From IMG/VR virus record IMGVR_UViG_3300012953_000016, positions 32,001 to 96,000 of that record: a stretch of DNA of 64,000 nt. One strand, given 5' to 3'. Below are positions 1 to 9,930 of this stretch, one piece after another. Every line of letters starts with the position of its first letter. Position 1 is the stretch's first letter. The stretch is from a virus. The translations under genes and the position numbers were made by a program. Below the pieces are notes generated by a model. That model was given only the letters and a program-made list of their open reading frames with translations. It was not told the origin of the DNA and searched no databases.

Positions 1-2915
1 GAGGAACTCATTAAAACATTTGCAATGGTAATCTTAAACTTACCGGACCCTGCCATCCCATCATCAAGTGCGTGGAGGCGGAAGAGGTTCTTTGGTTTTG
101 CACCATAAACTTGTGAAACTACCCATGGAGATTTTGCAGTGCGGAATCTGTCCCTGAAGTCTTCAAAGCATGGTTCATCGCCAAGCCCTGTGACATCGCT
201 TGTTTTTCCATGGATCAAGAATACTGCAGCCGCTTGATCTGTTCCACCCATTGCTGCATGATTATCTTCTATCTCATGGCCAGAAACTCGAGCTGCATCG
301 TTATATACATTATAGTGTGCATATACGTAGTGGCCGGCCTTCTCCGCACAAGCTGAATCATGATTTAGAATGTTCATGAAGTAATCTGGTGCTTGTGGAT
401 CTAGGCTACATGTAATACTGCTTGGATATTCATCCGAATCAATATGACCGTTTAATAATAGGGTAAATCTTTCTTGTGATTTGTCTAGACCAGTTACCAA
501 CCCTAGTTCACCACCCTGTGCGTTTGCTCCGCCGGCGGTGACGTGCGCGGCAAGTGGTGCGGACGGTGTTAATCCGGCATTGTCATCTGCATGACATACA
601 AGCGATGCATGGACACCCTGGGGTGTCATAAGGACCGCTCTAATAATTGGTACCGCTCTATCAAGTGGAGCCAGACCAGAATCCGAGGTCACTGCAGAGG
701 TGTTTATCCCTGCATCAAGCCAGTGCTTATGAGAAACATCACCCTCAGTTGAGTCTCCGCCACCAGAGAAATTTAGTACCGAACCTGTAAGCCCTGCCAC
801 ATCTGTTCCGGGTGCGCCACCATCATCAGATGAATCATCATCAAAAGCCACTGCAGCAGTACCTGCTTCAACAGCAGTAGCAACTAAATCTGAGTCCCCA
901 AGATTTGTACCCACTGTATCAGCAGGGGCAGTAGCGATACCTAAACTAAGATAATCAATTGTAACAGTAGCTGTGTCTATAGATGTGGTTACCTCTAGTG
1001 AGCTAGCTGCGATAAGAGCTTCAATCCTAGTTGCCATCTGAGCCTCTGTCTGAGCAGTAACACCACCCGAGAAGTTTACAGAACCATTTAGTGAGAAGTC
1101 ATCTAGATCTTCAAAGTTTGTACCCACTGGAGTATTACCGCCAGAACCAGCGGTTCCTTGAGTAAGATCAACATTAGTACCATTTACTGCGGCACTGATA
1201 TCGATTGCAGAAGCATTGATACATGTTACTAAGTCTTGGGCTGCACTAACTCCAGCAGCGGAATTAATATTCAACGTACATGTGAAGTTTGGTGATATCC
1301 CTCCCGCTACCTCAACAGGATCTCCTGGGAGGCCAGCAAGGGCGGTGATTGTAAGGGTATCTCCGGCTGTGTCCGTAATCGTAACAGTATCAGGGTTATT
1401 GGCTAAAATTGATGCGGGTGCACCATCTGTTATAATAGTTGCTGTTGCTACAGCATCCTCAGCACAACTTACCTCATTGGCACCTGGGGTCTCATCCTTC
1501 GTGAAAACAATTACTAGACTATTTCCAGCAAGATCAGTAACCGTAAATGACTCTGCAGCTGCAAAGGATGTGGCTGGGTTTGCAACTTCAATCGTGTGCT
1601 GTGCATGGCTTCCGCCTGAAGCAAGAGCACCTGTTTCGCCAAAATTTCCTGCAATACCATCCTTATCTTGTGTTATAACAAGGTCATCGCCATCTGCAGA
1701 AAGTGTAACCCCTACGCTCATAGCAGGAACTGCTGCAGCTGATGCTGCAACTACTCTTTCAGCTAATTCGCTTGCAGTAAATTCAGCACCACCCCAGCCA
1801 GATAAATTTTCTCTAATATCTGTATCTGCTGCGTCTAACAAGAGAAGGTGGCCGCCGATGAATGCGCCGCCATCTGGTTCATCAGATGGATTCCCGAATA
1901 CATCAGTTGTCAAGTTAACATCTGCACCAACTGCCACAGCAGTTATTTGGATTGGGGATGCGGTAATAGAAGCTGCAATCTGTATTGCAATATTTTCCGC
2001 AGTATCAGGTGCGCCGGCGCCATTATCAATATCAACCACTGTAGGGGATGTGAAGTCGCCAACAGCTCCGCCGCCTAATTGAAATTGGGCTTGCCATTGC
2101 CTGGTATCAGTAACTGCAGGATCTGGATCTATATCAACATCTGTTAGTTCAACATAGAGACCCTCCATGGTGTTGTTATCAACACGTAAGACCGCGTTAC
2201 CACGTGAACCGACAGAAACAAAGATGTTTTTTGCATCTTCAAAATCGTTTAGGTCATTCGTAAGTGCTGGTTGACCGGCTGATGTTAGGTTATCCGGGCC
2301 TTCATGGAACCAAATTGTTCCTAGACCCCCATCGGAATCGGTTATCGTAATTGCAAAACCTTTCTCATCTTGAGCAACTAGTTCTGCAGGTACAAATGAG
2401 GTTGGATCAAATGTTAACCTAGCAACAGCAGCTGCCTCGCCATCAGATGCATAATTTTCCCTCATCATTGCGCCGAGGAAGAATGTTCGGCCAGCACAAG
2501 GCTGGTCACCGGCATCGTCATATGCATATGGGTTGATCCCTAATTGCCCGCCACCTGGATTGTCAGTATCCTGAGGTAGCTCTGTACCAACAACGAATCC
2601 CGCGTTCGTAACCGCACCGGTGCTGGAATCTCTCTTCGCTGCATCACCGACCCCGAGTACTCGGACGTATGTACCAGCTCGAGCATTTTTCATCCACTCG
2701 TTCATAGCAAGAGGACCGAACTTCTTTCCGTCGGTACCTCCGAATTCTGCCACAAAATCTTTCCATGTGGCAACAGTAACAGGGACAAATGCTGGTCCCT
2801 TTTGGGCGGTACCAATGACCCCTGCCGGTACCCCTTGTGGCTTAATAGCCGTAGGTCCGCTTAAGTCTATTTCTCTGGTACTTACCCCAGCACTCTTAAA
2901 TGTAAGTTCAGCCAT
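1..2915 (-). CDS. gp18: Tail sheath protein, second paralog (3' end runs off the window; not in the ORF track)
   Basis: ATG at 2915 preceded by TAGGAG. Hand translation MAELTFKSAGVSTREIDLSGPTAIKPQGVPAGVIGTAQKGPAFVPVTVATWKDFVAEFGG...TYVRVLG matches the sheath N-terminus and the neighbouring sheath gene. At the window edge NLFRLHALDDGMAGSGKFKITIAN aligns with YDLFRLEALDDGSYPNSRFKVSIAN of the paralog. Confidence 0.9.
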   Translation of the reverse strand, partial: MAELTFKSAGVSTREIDLSGPTAIKPQGVPAGVIGTAQKGPAFVPVTVATWKDFVAEFGGTDGKKFGPLAMNEWMKNARAGTYVRVLGVGDAAKRDSSTGAVTNAGFVVGTELPQDTDNPGGGQLGINPYAYDDAGDQPCAGRTFFLGAMMRENYASDGEAAAVARLTFDPTSFVPAELVAQDEKGFAITITDSDGGLGTIWFHEGPDNLTSAGQPALTNDLNDFEDAKNIFVSVGSRGNAVLRVDNNTMEGLYVELTDVDIDPDPAVTDTRQWQAQFQLGGGAVGDFTSPTVVDIDNGAGAPDTAENIAIQIAASITASPIQITAVAVGADVNLTTDVFGNPSDEPDGGAFIGGHLLLLDAADTDIRENLSGWGGAEFTASELAERVVAASAAAVPAMSVGVTLSADGDDLVITQDKDGIAGNFGETGALASGGSHAQHTIEVANPATSFAAAESFTVTDLAGNSLVIVFTKDETPGANEVSCAEDAVATATIITDGAPASILANNPDTVTITDTAGDTLTITALAGLPGDPVEVAGGISPNFTCTLNINSAAGVSAAQDLVTCINASAIDISAAVNGTNVDLTQGTAGSGGNTPVGTNFEDLDDFSLNGSVNFSGGVTAQTEAQMATRIEALIAASSLEVTTSIDTATVTIDYLSLGIATAPADTVGTNLGDSDLVATAVEAGTAAVAFDDDSSDDGGAPGTDVAGLTGSVLNFSGGGDSTEGDVSHKHWLDAGINTSAVTSDSGLAPLDRAVPIIRAVLMTPQGVHASLVCHADDNAGLTPSAPLAAHVTAGGANAQGGELGLVTGLDKSQERFTLLLNGHIDSDEYPSSITCSLDPQAPDYFMNILNHDSACAEKAGHYVYAHYNVYNDAARVSGHEIEDNHAAMGGTDQAAAVFLIHGKTSDVTGLGDEPCFEDFRDRFRTAKSPWVVSQVYGAKPKNLFRLHALDDGMAGSGKFKITIANVLMSS

Positions 2916-2963
2916 TGTGTTTTGCTCCTACCTGTTCAAAAACTTGTCTATTATAGGTATTCA

Positions 2964-5900
2964 TTACTCGAACATTACGCCGCTTCTAGTGATGATAAAG
3001 TCAATTGCAATGAACTCGATTGCTCGAGTCGGTACAACGACGATCCTACCATTTAGCCTGTTGCTTTCGTAATCCTCTATTGTGTTATTTGTATCGTCCA
3101 TGACAACTTGGAATGATTCAATACCTGCCTGAGCCTGTACCAACGCGAGAAGCGGGGTAACAGAACCAACGAACCGAGCCCTTGTTTGTGGGGTATTAGG
3201 TTCGAACAGAATATTGTTAGCAACGCTTACAACCAGTCTCTTAACTTCAAGAAGCATTCTGCGTACGTTCACTCTATCAAGTGCAGATTTTTGCATCTGC
3301 AATGTCTTTTGTCCAAAGATAACGAAACCGGCATTTGGGAATACAGCTATAGGATTAATTCTAGAATCGTATAGTGTATCTCTATCACCAGCTGTTAGCC
3401 TTGTTGTTACGTTAGAAACCATTTCTAATGCACCTCGATTAAAACCTGCTGGTGCGAACCAGGGGTAAGCAACCTTGTCATTAAATGCCAGGGAAGCGAG
3501 GGCTGCAATAGATGCAGGAACTCTAACTTTAAGATTATTAATTGGATCATCAATCCAAACATCCGGGAAGTATGTTGCGCAATAGTTGTTGTCAAACGCT
3601 CTATTCTCAAATGTCTCAGCAGTATACTGTACATCTGCTTTCTTGGAATCCTGTAAAGGCTCACCCAAGAAGAGGCGACCTTGATTTTCATCATAATAAG
3701 GAATATCCATTAAGTAAATTGCTTTTGAATATGCCTTCGTTCGCTCAGCAGCTAAATCAGTTACAAATTGATCTCTAATTCCTGGAATACAAAGGATGTT
3801 TGTATTTACAGTCATCGTGTCCGTCATCATTTCTACTGCGGCACGATAAGATGCAATAACATTATTTCTCTTGCCAGACCCATTAGTGTTTGATACTTCA
3901 TTATCACCGGTACTGTTGGTACCTGCTGGTGCATCAGAGAAGTGGATTAGCCCATCATCGGTCCAGCCTTCAGTTGCCTTTCCAACAACATCGCCTGAAG
4001 TTGAAACGTTATCTTGATCTCCAGACTCGGTAGAGCTAGCTCTATCATTCATTAATGCAACATCAGGATCTAGTATGTTCAGCCCATCGAAGCCACCATA
4101 AAACACAGTTGAGAATTTTGCCCAGCTGCTGAATCGGTTAAAAGCAACCTTATCATTTTGAAGTAATGATGCCAGGGTAAGACGTCCGGGTGCACCCAAT
4201 AATGCGTCTTCAATTGTATAATCAGATTCATCAAGAGTACCATCTCTCATATAAGCAGCTGATCTCATGTGGATGCTGGCTGGCTCAGTAACATTTTCGC
4301 TAATGCTTTGTGCAACTGAATGTTGATCATGTTGTTCAAGCAATGCAACCTTTGCTAGTGAGAATTTGTTGTTTCCTAGCTCGTCTGCGTCAGCCCCAGT
4401 TACCACTGTACCAAGCTCAGAAATTCCTTGGAACTTCGTGTATGCTTTAACAAGTGGATTCGGTGAGGAAGAAACATTAGTATTTAACACTGCTGCCGAT
4501 CCGGACTCACCTTCATTAGGACATCTTTCAAACTTAACTCCCCAGTAGAATCTCGAATCAGCTCTCTCATTCGCACCTAAGTGACCAACATAATCCTGGT
4601 CGCCTGGAATCAAAGGATCCACACCAGCAGAAATGTTTCCGCGGGAGCACTTAAACCTGAAGGGAAGGGGAGGTACTAACGACTGGACCGGAGCACCAGC
4701 TGTAATAAGGGTGGTACCATTCCAGAACTGTAGTCTGCTACCATCGGAACCATCTACTAATCCTTCGTTCATATTTACGACTGGTATACCCTTAAATCCA
4801 AATGGCAGCATGTCTTTCGGGATGCATGAATCTCGCCCATCGATTAGGGGGTTCATCACTACCCTTGCGACCGCACTGCGGTTAGGATACTTTCCAGATA
4901 TTACTAATCTGCGTTCATCAGCATCATCAGCATCAAAATCAAAAGATACGTTATAGTCACCAATTTGACGTGCAACATAACGATCACTATCTGGATCTAG
5001 GTTACAGTCAGGGTATGCTTCAATAACTTCCTTATCTAAGTCAGTATCGCCGAATCTACGAATTTGAACTTCGAAAGTTCCATATTCATAGCTGGGATCT
5101 GTACTGGCTCTTAAGTTAGCAATCGATACCTTGAACCTGCTGTTAGGGTAACTACCATCATCTAACGCCTCAAGGCGGAATAGATCATACTCTGTGGCGC
5201 CATAAGGTTGTGAAATTATCATAGGCGTAGTTGCAGTCTTATATCTAGTGTCGAAACGACCAAATAATTGAGACCAATGTGCCTGCAAGTCAGACTCACC
5301 ATCTTCTGTTGTACCGCCACCAAGGGCAGCGGCAACATCGGCATCATCGGTTACGGCCTGGCGACCTCTGCATAATGTTATACTGTCAGCTAGCGCAACA
5401 GGGGTTGAGTCAAGAATAACATCACCGCCATCATCATCACCATCAGTACTAAACGTTCGGCCTGCCATGGCAATTTCATCTTCAACAGCATAATCACACC
5501 ATAGAACATGTTCATATTCCTGGAAACGTGATGGGTCTGTGTTTAAGATCTTTCCAATATATGCAGGTGAGGTTGGGTTTAACGAGGCGGAGAGGATTCT
5601 TAATCCTTCAAAATTGTCGTCAAGTCCAAAATTTTCACCAGCAGATGAAGAAATGATAAGCTTAAAAATACCATCATCATCTGGAGTGATCTGTTGATCA
5701 CCCACAGTCGTTATGTGGGTGACTGGATCATCACCTGTAATAATAATCCTAGAGCCGGATGCAACCATAATACTTGCGCGAAGCAAGTTGACTGTACCTA
5801 AAACGTTAGGTGTTCCACCATCACTATCATGATCCCAGTCCGAAGGGTCAAAAGAATCATTATCAGTAAAGATTGGGAATCCTTCTGCCTCTCTTGGTCG

Positions 5901-6362
5901 TACAGTGTGGCGTGCAACTAAGAATTGAATACCACCTTGTAAATCGTCATCGGTATCTTCGCCCCCAGGTAAACTGGCGACTGCAACACCTTCGATGTTA
6001 ACATCAATACCATCATTAACCTGTACAGAAAAGCCGGCGTTCTTTACGATGCCGTAGCTCTCAGTATTGCTAATCTCAGTCCCTGATTCATTTGATCCAG
6101 CGCCTAAAACACGCATGTAGGTAACGGCCTTACGGTGCTTCAGAAATTCTCTGACAGCATAAGGTCCGAAACGGTCTGGATCAAGACCACCAAATTTTGT
6201 TTCAAAGTCCGCAAAAGATCCTACAGTCACTGGTACAAAGGCAGGCCCTCTTGTTGCAGTCCCGATAATTCCTGCAGGGGTGCCAGTTGGCGATTGTTTT
6301 CTCGCGGATAAGTCTATTTCCTGTTCAAAAAATCCAGGTGATCGGAATGTCTGTTCGGCCAT
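2964..6362 (-). CDS. gp18: Contractile tail sheath protein (T4 gp18-like), 1132 aa
   Basis: N-terminal SPGFFEQEIDLS...GTATRGPAFVPVTVGSFADFETKFGG. C-terminal PWFAPAGFNRG, LYDSRINPI, IFGQKTLQ, ALDRVNVRRMLL, FEPNTPQTRARF and VVPTRAIEFIAIDF motifs. Confidence 0.95.
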   Translation of the reverse strand: MAEQTFRSPGFFEQEIDLSARKQSPTGTPAGIIGTATRGPAFVPVTVGSFADFETKFGGLDPDRFGPYAVREFLKHRKAVTYMRVLGAGSNESGTEISNTESYGIVKNAGFSVQVNDGIDVNIEGVAVASLPGGEDTDDDLQGGIQFLVARHTVRPREAEGFPIFTDNDSFDPSDWDHDSDGGTPNVLGTVNLLRASIMVASGSRIIITGDDPVTHITTVGDQQITPDDDGIFKLIISSSAGENFGLDDNFEGLRILSASLNPTSPAYIGKILNTDPSRFQEYEHVLWCDYAVEDEIAMAGRTFSTDGDDDGGDVILDSTPVALADSITLCRGRQAVTDDADVAAALGGGTTEDGESDLQAHWSQLFGRFDTRYKTATTPMIISQPYGATEYDLFRLEALDDGSYPNSRFKVSIANLRASTDPSYEYGTFEVQIRRFGDTDLDKEVIEAYPDCNLDPDSDRYVARQIGDYNVSFDFDADDADERRLVISGKYPNRSAVARVVMNPLIDGRDSCIPKDMLPFGFKGIPVVNMNEGLVDGSDGSRLQFWNGTTLITAGAPVQSLVPPLPFRFKCSRGNISAGVDPLIPGDQDYVGHLGANERADSRFYWGVKFERCPNEGESGSAAVLNTNVSSSPNPLVKAYTKFQGISELGTVVTGADADELGNNKFSLAKVALLEQHDQHSVAQSISENVTEPASIHMRSAAYMRDGTLDESDYTIEDALLGAPGRLTLASLLQNDKVAFNRFSSWAKFSTVFYGGFDGLNILDPDVALMNDRASSTESGDQDNVSTSGDVVGKATEGWTDDGLIHFSDAPAGTNSTGDNEVSNTNGSGKRNNVIASYRAAVEMMTDTMTVNTNILCIPGIRDQFVTDLAAERTKAYSKAIYLMDIPYYDENQGRLFLGEPLQDSKKADVQYTAETFENRAFDNNYCATYFPDVWIDDPINNLKVRVPASIAALASLAFNDKVAYPWFAPAGFNRGALEMVSNVTTRLTAGDRDTLYDSRINPIAVFPNAGFVIFGQKTLQMQKSALDRVNVRRMLLEVKRLVVSVANNILFEPNTPQTRARFVGSVTPLLALVQAQAGIESFQVVMDDTNNTIEDYESNRLNGRIVVVPTRAIEFIAIDFIITRSGVMFE

Positions 6363-6397
6363 TAGAAGATTCTCCTTGGACTTGTGTCACTCTTTAC

Positions 6398-6404
6398 TAA
6401 GTAT
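6398..6404 (-). promoter_or_regulatory. Putative late-promoter motif ATACTTA upstream of the sheath gene
   Basis: Variant of the recurring ATA(T/C/G)TTA intergenic motif, about 36 nt upstream of the start at 6362. Confidence 0.4.
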
Positions 6405-6447
6405 TGGGTACGAAACCAAACTTCTTGATTATCACGTGCTCGTAGCA

Positions 6448-7800
6448 TTAAATTTCCCCTAAGTCTTTGGTAAGGCCCTCTCGATAGACGGTCTCACCTT
6501 TTCTTTGATTTCTAGATTTAACTCTCACAACTTTTGTTACCTTCTTTCCAGTAAATGGATCATACGAAATTCGTAGCATTTGTTGGGCTCCCCCACTTGC
6601 AGAAAAACCCCCGATAGCAGCTTCAATTTTTTCTGGAGGGGCAGCCCCTCTTTTTGAATTCATGCTGCTTGGCCTGTTGTCAACTGCAGCCACTGAGGCT
6701 CCTGGCTGATCAACACCGGCTATTCTGAGTGTTGATGCCACCCCATCGGCTCCTATCGCTTGACCGGGTAAAGGTTCATCTGCTAATGCAAAATCATTTA
6801 ATATATATGAATTCACATCCGAAGATGCCACTCCACCTTGCACTGGATCTACAGGAACTCCAGAAGTTTGTGTCGACGCAAAGGCAATCTCAGGCGCAGA
6901 AACATACTTTCGGAGAGCATTGGATGAACCTGGAAAATCTGGTACTACCAAATAACCAGGTACTTTAATATTGAAACTAAGTTTAACTAGTCTCTCTTCG
7001 TCTGTGAAGTCATCATAGTTTGTCCCCGGTGTAATTGCAGAATCAACTGTTGCAACAAACCAATATCCTTTATCAGTCTCAATCCTAAATTGGCGAGCAT
7101 GATTGTTATGGTAGGATGACAACAAGGCAGATAACATATCATTTATCTGTTGCGTATACTGGGCCCAAAATGTGACTTCATAGTTGCTAGTAAAAAACTT
7201 GACTGGGGGCATTTCAATTATTTCAAATATATTTGCACCTAGTTTCGCTTTTACATGCATACCAGATCTAGTGTCTTCGTCTGGCAATTGATCAACCCGA
7301 CGGGTTGCTAATGTTCCATCGTTAGTACCTTCACCTTCGCCGTCAGCAAGATGACTTGGGTGATCTGCACTATCTTGAAATTTTAATTTTCTCTTATTTA
7401 ATAATCGCTGGTATTTTGGGTCGTCCTTGCTTAGTTTTTTCTTTATAACAGCCGGGCCACCCTGGCCTGGACCCATACCCATGTCTGGCGATTGATTAAT
7501 CTCTGTTCTCATAATTGAGACTAGCGGAAGTATTAAAGCACCCGATTTATCGCGTAATGGCTTCTTTCTCCGAAGCACTGCAAAACGCTCACCGGTTGCA
7601 AAAATAACTGGAATTCTATTTATATTGTTTTCAAACTCATAAAATAATGGTATATCACTATTAAATAAGTTAAAGAGGGCCCTATCAACATCCTCTATAG
7701 TACAGGATGGTAAGAATTCGTCGACAGCAACATTCTGCCCTTCAAATCCAAGGCCCTTTGAAACCTTATCTGCTTTTACTTTATCATATCTAGTTGACAT
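6448..7800 (-). CDS. Tail terminator / sheath stabiliser (T4 gp15-like), 450 aa
   Basis: IPVIFATGERF...LILPLVSIMRTEI...NYEVTFWAQYTQQINDML pattern; position between the neck genes and the sheath, as in T4 gene order. Confidence 0.65.
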   Translation of the reverse strand: MSTRYDKVKADKVSKGLGFEGQNVAVDEFLPSCTIEDVDRALFNLFNSDIPLFYEFENNINRIPVIFATGERFAVLRRKKPLRDKSGALILPLVSIMRTEINQSPDMGMGPGQGGPAVIKKKLSKDDPKYQRLLNKRKLKFQDSADHPSHLADGEGEGTNDGTLATRRVDQLPDEDTRSGMHVKAKLGANIFEIIEMPPVKFFTSNYEVTFWAQYTQQINDMLSALLSSYHNNHARQFRIETDKGYWFVATVDSAITPGTNYDDFTDEERLVKLSFNIKVPGYLVVPDFPGSSNALRKYVSAPEIAFASTQTSGVPVDPVQGGVASSDVNSYILNDFALADEPLPGQAIGADGVASTLRIAGVDQPGASVAAVDNRPSSMNSKRGAAPPEKIEAAIGGFSASGGAQQMLRISYDPFTGKKVTKVVRVKSRNQRKGETVYREGLTKDLGEI

Positions 7801-7807
7801 AGTTCAC

Positions 7808-8473
7808 CTATTCGTCTCCGTAGAATGCAGAATCAGTTGTGGCTGTTGTGCCTTTGGAGGATACCTCCTGTGGGCCGTCGAGTGGTGCGTCAAGTTTGCC
7901 ATCCTCTTGAAGCTGGCGTTTATCCCCAGTCTTCCCTAAGCTATTCTCCTCTGCACCTCGTTGCTGAACGAACGTTTCTTGTACAGCATCTTGCTCATCG
8001 ATCGTTTCAGACGTTGGGCCTAAAGGTTGTACATTGATTTGCCCTTTACGAGCTTGCTTACCAGTTAGCTTATATCCTGTCTGGTGTTCAACCTGACCAT
8101 AGACATTTTTATCAGCGATAACGGACGTTATTTCAAAGAATAATTGTCCGAAACTGAAGTAATCACCGCTTTGTACTTTAAAGTCCTTATCTAATAGATC
8201 ACGTGCGTGAAGGTAGACTTCAATCGTCGCAATCTCTTCAGAACCGAACCTTGTAGTCTTAAACGTTTCAGGTTGCCATTCAACCAAAGCGTCTAGCTCA
8301 ACAGGGGGATTGAATACTTTTTCCGGGGCTTCCTCATATACATCATGTACGCTAGTTAGATCTTCGCGTATTTTATAATAGAAAATCTTTTGCCCTATTA
8401 CATCCTTCGTGATCTCTTTAGTTAGATCGGATATATAGTCAATCTCTCTCGGTGTTACAAAAAGTCGTGCCAT
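7808..8473 (-). CDS. Neck / head-completion protein (T4 gp14-like), 221 aa
   Basis: GQKIFYYKI...DVYEE...RFG...GDYFSFGQLFFEITSV pattern; directly follows the gp13-like gene. Confidence 0.65.
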   Translation of the reverse strand: MARLFVTPREIDYISDLTKEITKDVIGQKIFYYKIREDLTSVHDVYEEAPEKVFNPPVELDALVEWQPETFKTTRFGSEEIATIEVYLHARDLLDKDFKVQSGDYFSFGQLFFEITSVIADKNVYGQVEHQTGYKLTGKQARKGQINVQPLGPTSETIDEQDAVQETFVQQRGAEENSLGKTGDKRQLQEDGKLDAPLDGPQEVSSKGTTATTDSAFYGDE

Positions 8474-8483
8474 CTTCTAATTC

Positions 8484-9728
8484 CTATCCTACAATAATTG
8501 CTTTCCCACCAGGAACTGGCATATGGCTTAAGATTTTTCGCATATTCTCTACAGTCGCTGCTTCATCTTCAATCATCTTGCTGTACGTTAGTCCAGCAAG
8601 CAACTCTTTGAGCTGCTCTTGCATTTGCGTTTTTTCTTCGCGGCCCTGTGATACAAGGTCTGAGCCATTAAGCTGCAAGTCCCCACCGGGGATTGGAACC
8701 GAACCAAACTTGGAACGTACTAAACCTAATAATTCTTTTGATAAAGCTAAACAATACTGGCGAATCCATTGACGGCCCATGGAGTTAATCTTCTCATACG
8801 AAAGGTTTCCATAAGGAACATTCGACAAGTTACTCACGCCGTAAATGGAGTCATCCTGGATATCAGGATTGAATGGGTCCGGACTAAACGCAACTCTAAT
8901 CCAGAGTTTCTTTGGATTATCCCCTGTTGGGGTCGGGAAAATACGGATATTAGCACCAGACGTTCTGTATGAATAATTAGACCGCCTAACCCTATTGGAC
9001 AGCTTCATCTGCCCGCCACGTAATACATCTTCAAATATTGGTAGAACGTAGAAAACTGTTTCCGGAGTAAATGACTCAAACGAAAACTCGTTATTTAAGT
9101 AGTTGATTGCTGACGTTGTGTCAAAGAAACGATATTGCGCTTGCGGAGAGTAATGACATATCTCCATAATTTTCATCTTTGTCTTAGGATCACCATCAGG
9201 GGATTGAAGACTAAAAAGCGTGTCACCATCTTCATTTACTAAATCAGTGTACATATCATAATCTTGCTTATCAGTTACTAATTGTATAGATCCTGAATAA
9301 TGGTTATATGATCCACCTATGCCTGCATCGTGTGCATAAGGTGCAGCTCTTCGAAGCATAAACTCGAGGTTCTCCATCGGGAATGTTTGTTCTTTTCCAG
9401 ACGGGCCGGTATATTCAACTCTATCTTCACCTTGGCCTGGCTGACCTTTAACAACTTGCCTAAATGAATCTACACTACCCGTGGGTATACCCAAGAGATT
9501 CATCAATTGAGATGATGCTGCATGTTCGTTAATGATGCTGCTGTATTCTAAAAATGATTCTTCAAAACAAGCCCATACCTGCTTCTTAGTTAGCTCAACG
9601 CTAAGAATGTCATCGCCAAGCTTTCTCTTAACAAAAGTCACCATAGCATCAGCTTCTCTTTGAAACGCAATGTCAGCGTCAAAGAACCCGAATGGAGTAG
9701 GTGCCAATGTATTTATAAATGTTGCCAT
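8484..9728 (-). CDS. Neck / head-tail adaptor (T4 gp13-like), 414 aa
   Basis: VKRKLGDDILSVELTKKQV and WIRQYCLALSKELLGLVRSKFGSVPIPGGDLQLNG motifs typical of the gp13 family. Confidence 0.8.
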   Translation of the reverse strand: MATFINTLAPTPFGFFDADIAFQREADAMVTFVKRKLGDDILSVELTKKQVWACFEESFLEYSSIINEHAASSQLMNLLGIPTGSVDSFRQVVKGQPGQGEDRVEYTGPSGKEQTFPMENLEFMLRRAAPYAHDAGIGGSYNHYSGSIQLVTDKQDYDMYTDLVNEDGDTLFSLQSPDGDPKTKMKIMEICHYSPQAQYRFFDTTSAINYLNNEFSFESFTPETVFYVLPIFEDVLRGGQMKLSNRVRRSNYSYRTSGANIRIFPTPTGDNPKKLWIRVAFSPDPFNPDIQDDSIYGVSNLSNVPYGNLSYEKINSMGRQWIRQYCLALSKELLGLVRSKFGSVPIPGGDLQLNGSDLVSQGREEKTQMQEQLKELLAGLTYSKMIEDEAATVENMRKILSHMPVPGGKAIIVG

Positions 9729-9762
9729 GTTACTTTCTCCAGCTAAGGCCGTTGTACAGTAT

Positions 9763-9769
9763 TAAATAT
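9763..9769 (-). promoter_or_regulatory. Putative late-promoter motif ATATTTA
   Basis: About 35 nt upstream of the gp13-like start and downstream of a terminator, where a new promoter is needed. Confidence 0.45.
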
Positions 9770-9870
9770 ACGGCTCGGATCCAGACATTCCACACAGTTG
9801 TATGGAGCTCGTGAAAAAGTTGGGATGCTTGTGCAAATATTACACACAGGCGCTCAGAAAAAATTTGAAA

Positions 9871-9904
9871 AAAAATAAAAAAGGCGGGCATTGCTGCCCG
9901 CCTT
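9871..9904 (-). terminator. Rho-independent terminator
   Basis: Minus strand AAGGCGGGCA-GCAA-TGCCCGCCTT followed by a T-rich tract. Confidence 0.9.
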
Positions 9905-9930
9905 AGTTACAAATTAAGAACTCTTAATGT

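Noticed and set aside
1216-2082. 288-aa plus-strand ORF and the many other plus-strand ORFs in the track
   Set aside because: They are antisense shadows of long minus-strand genes (here sheath copy 2), Ser-rich, with no recognisable motifs.
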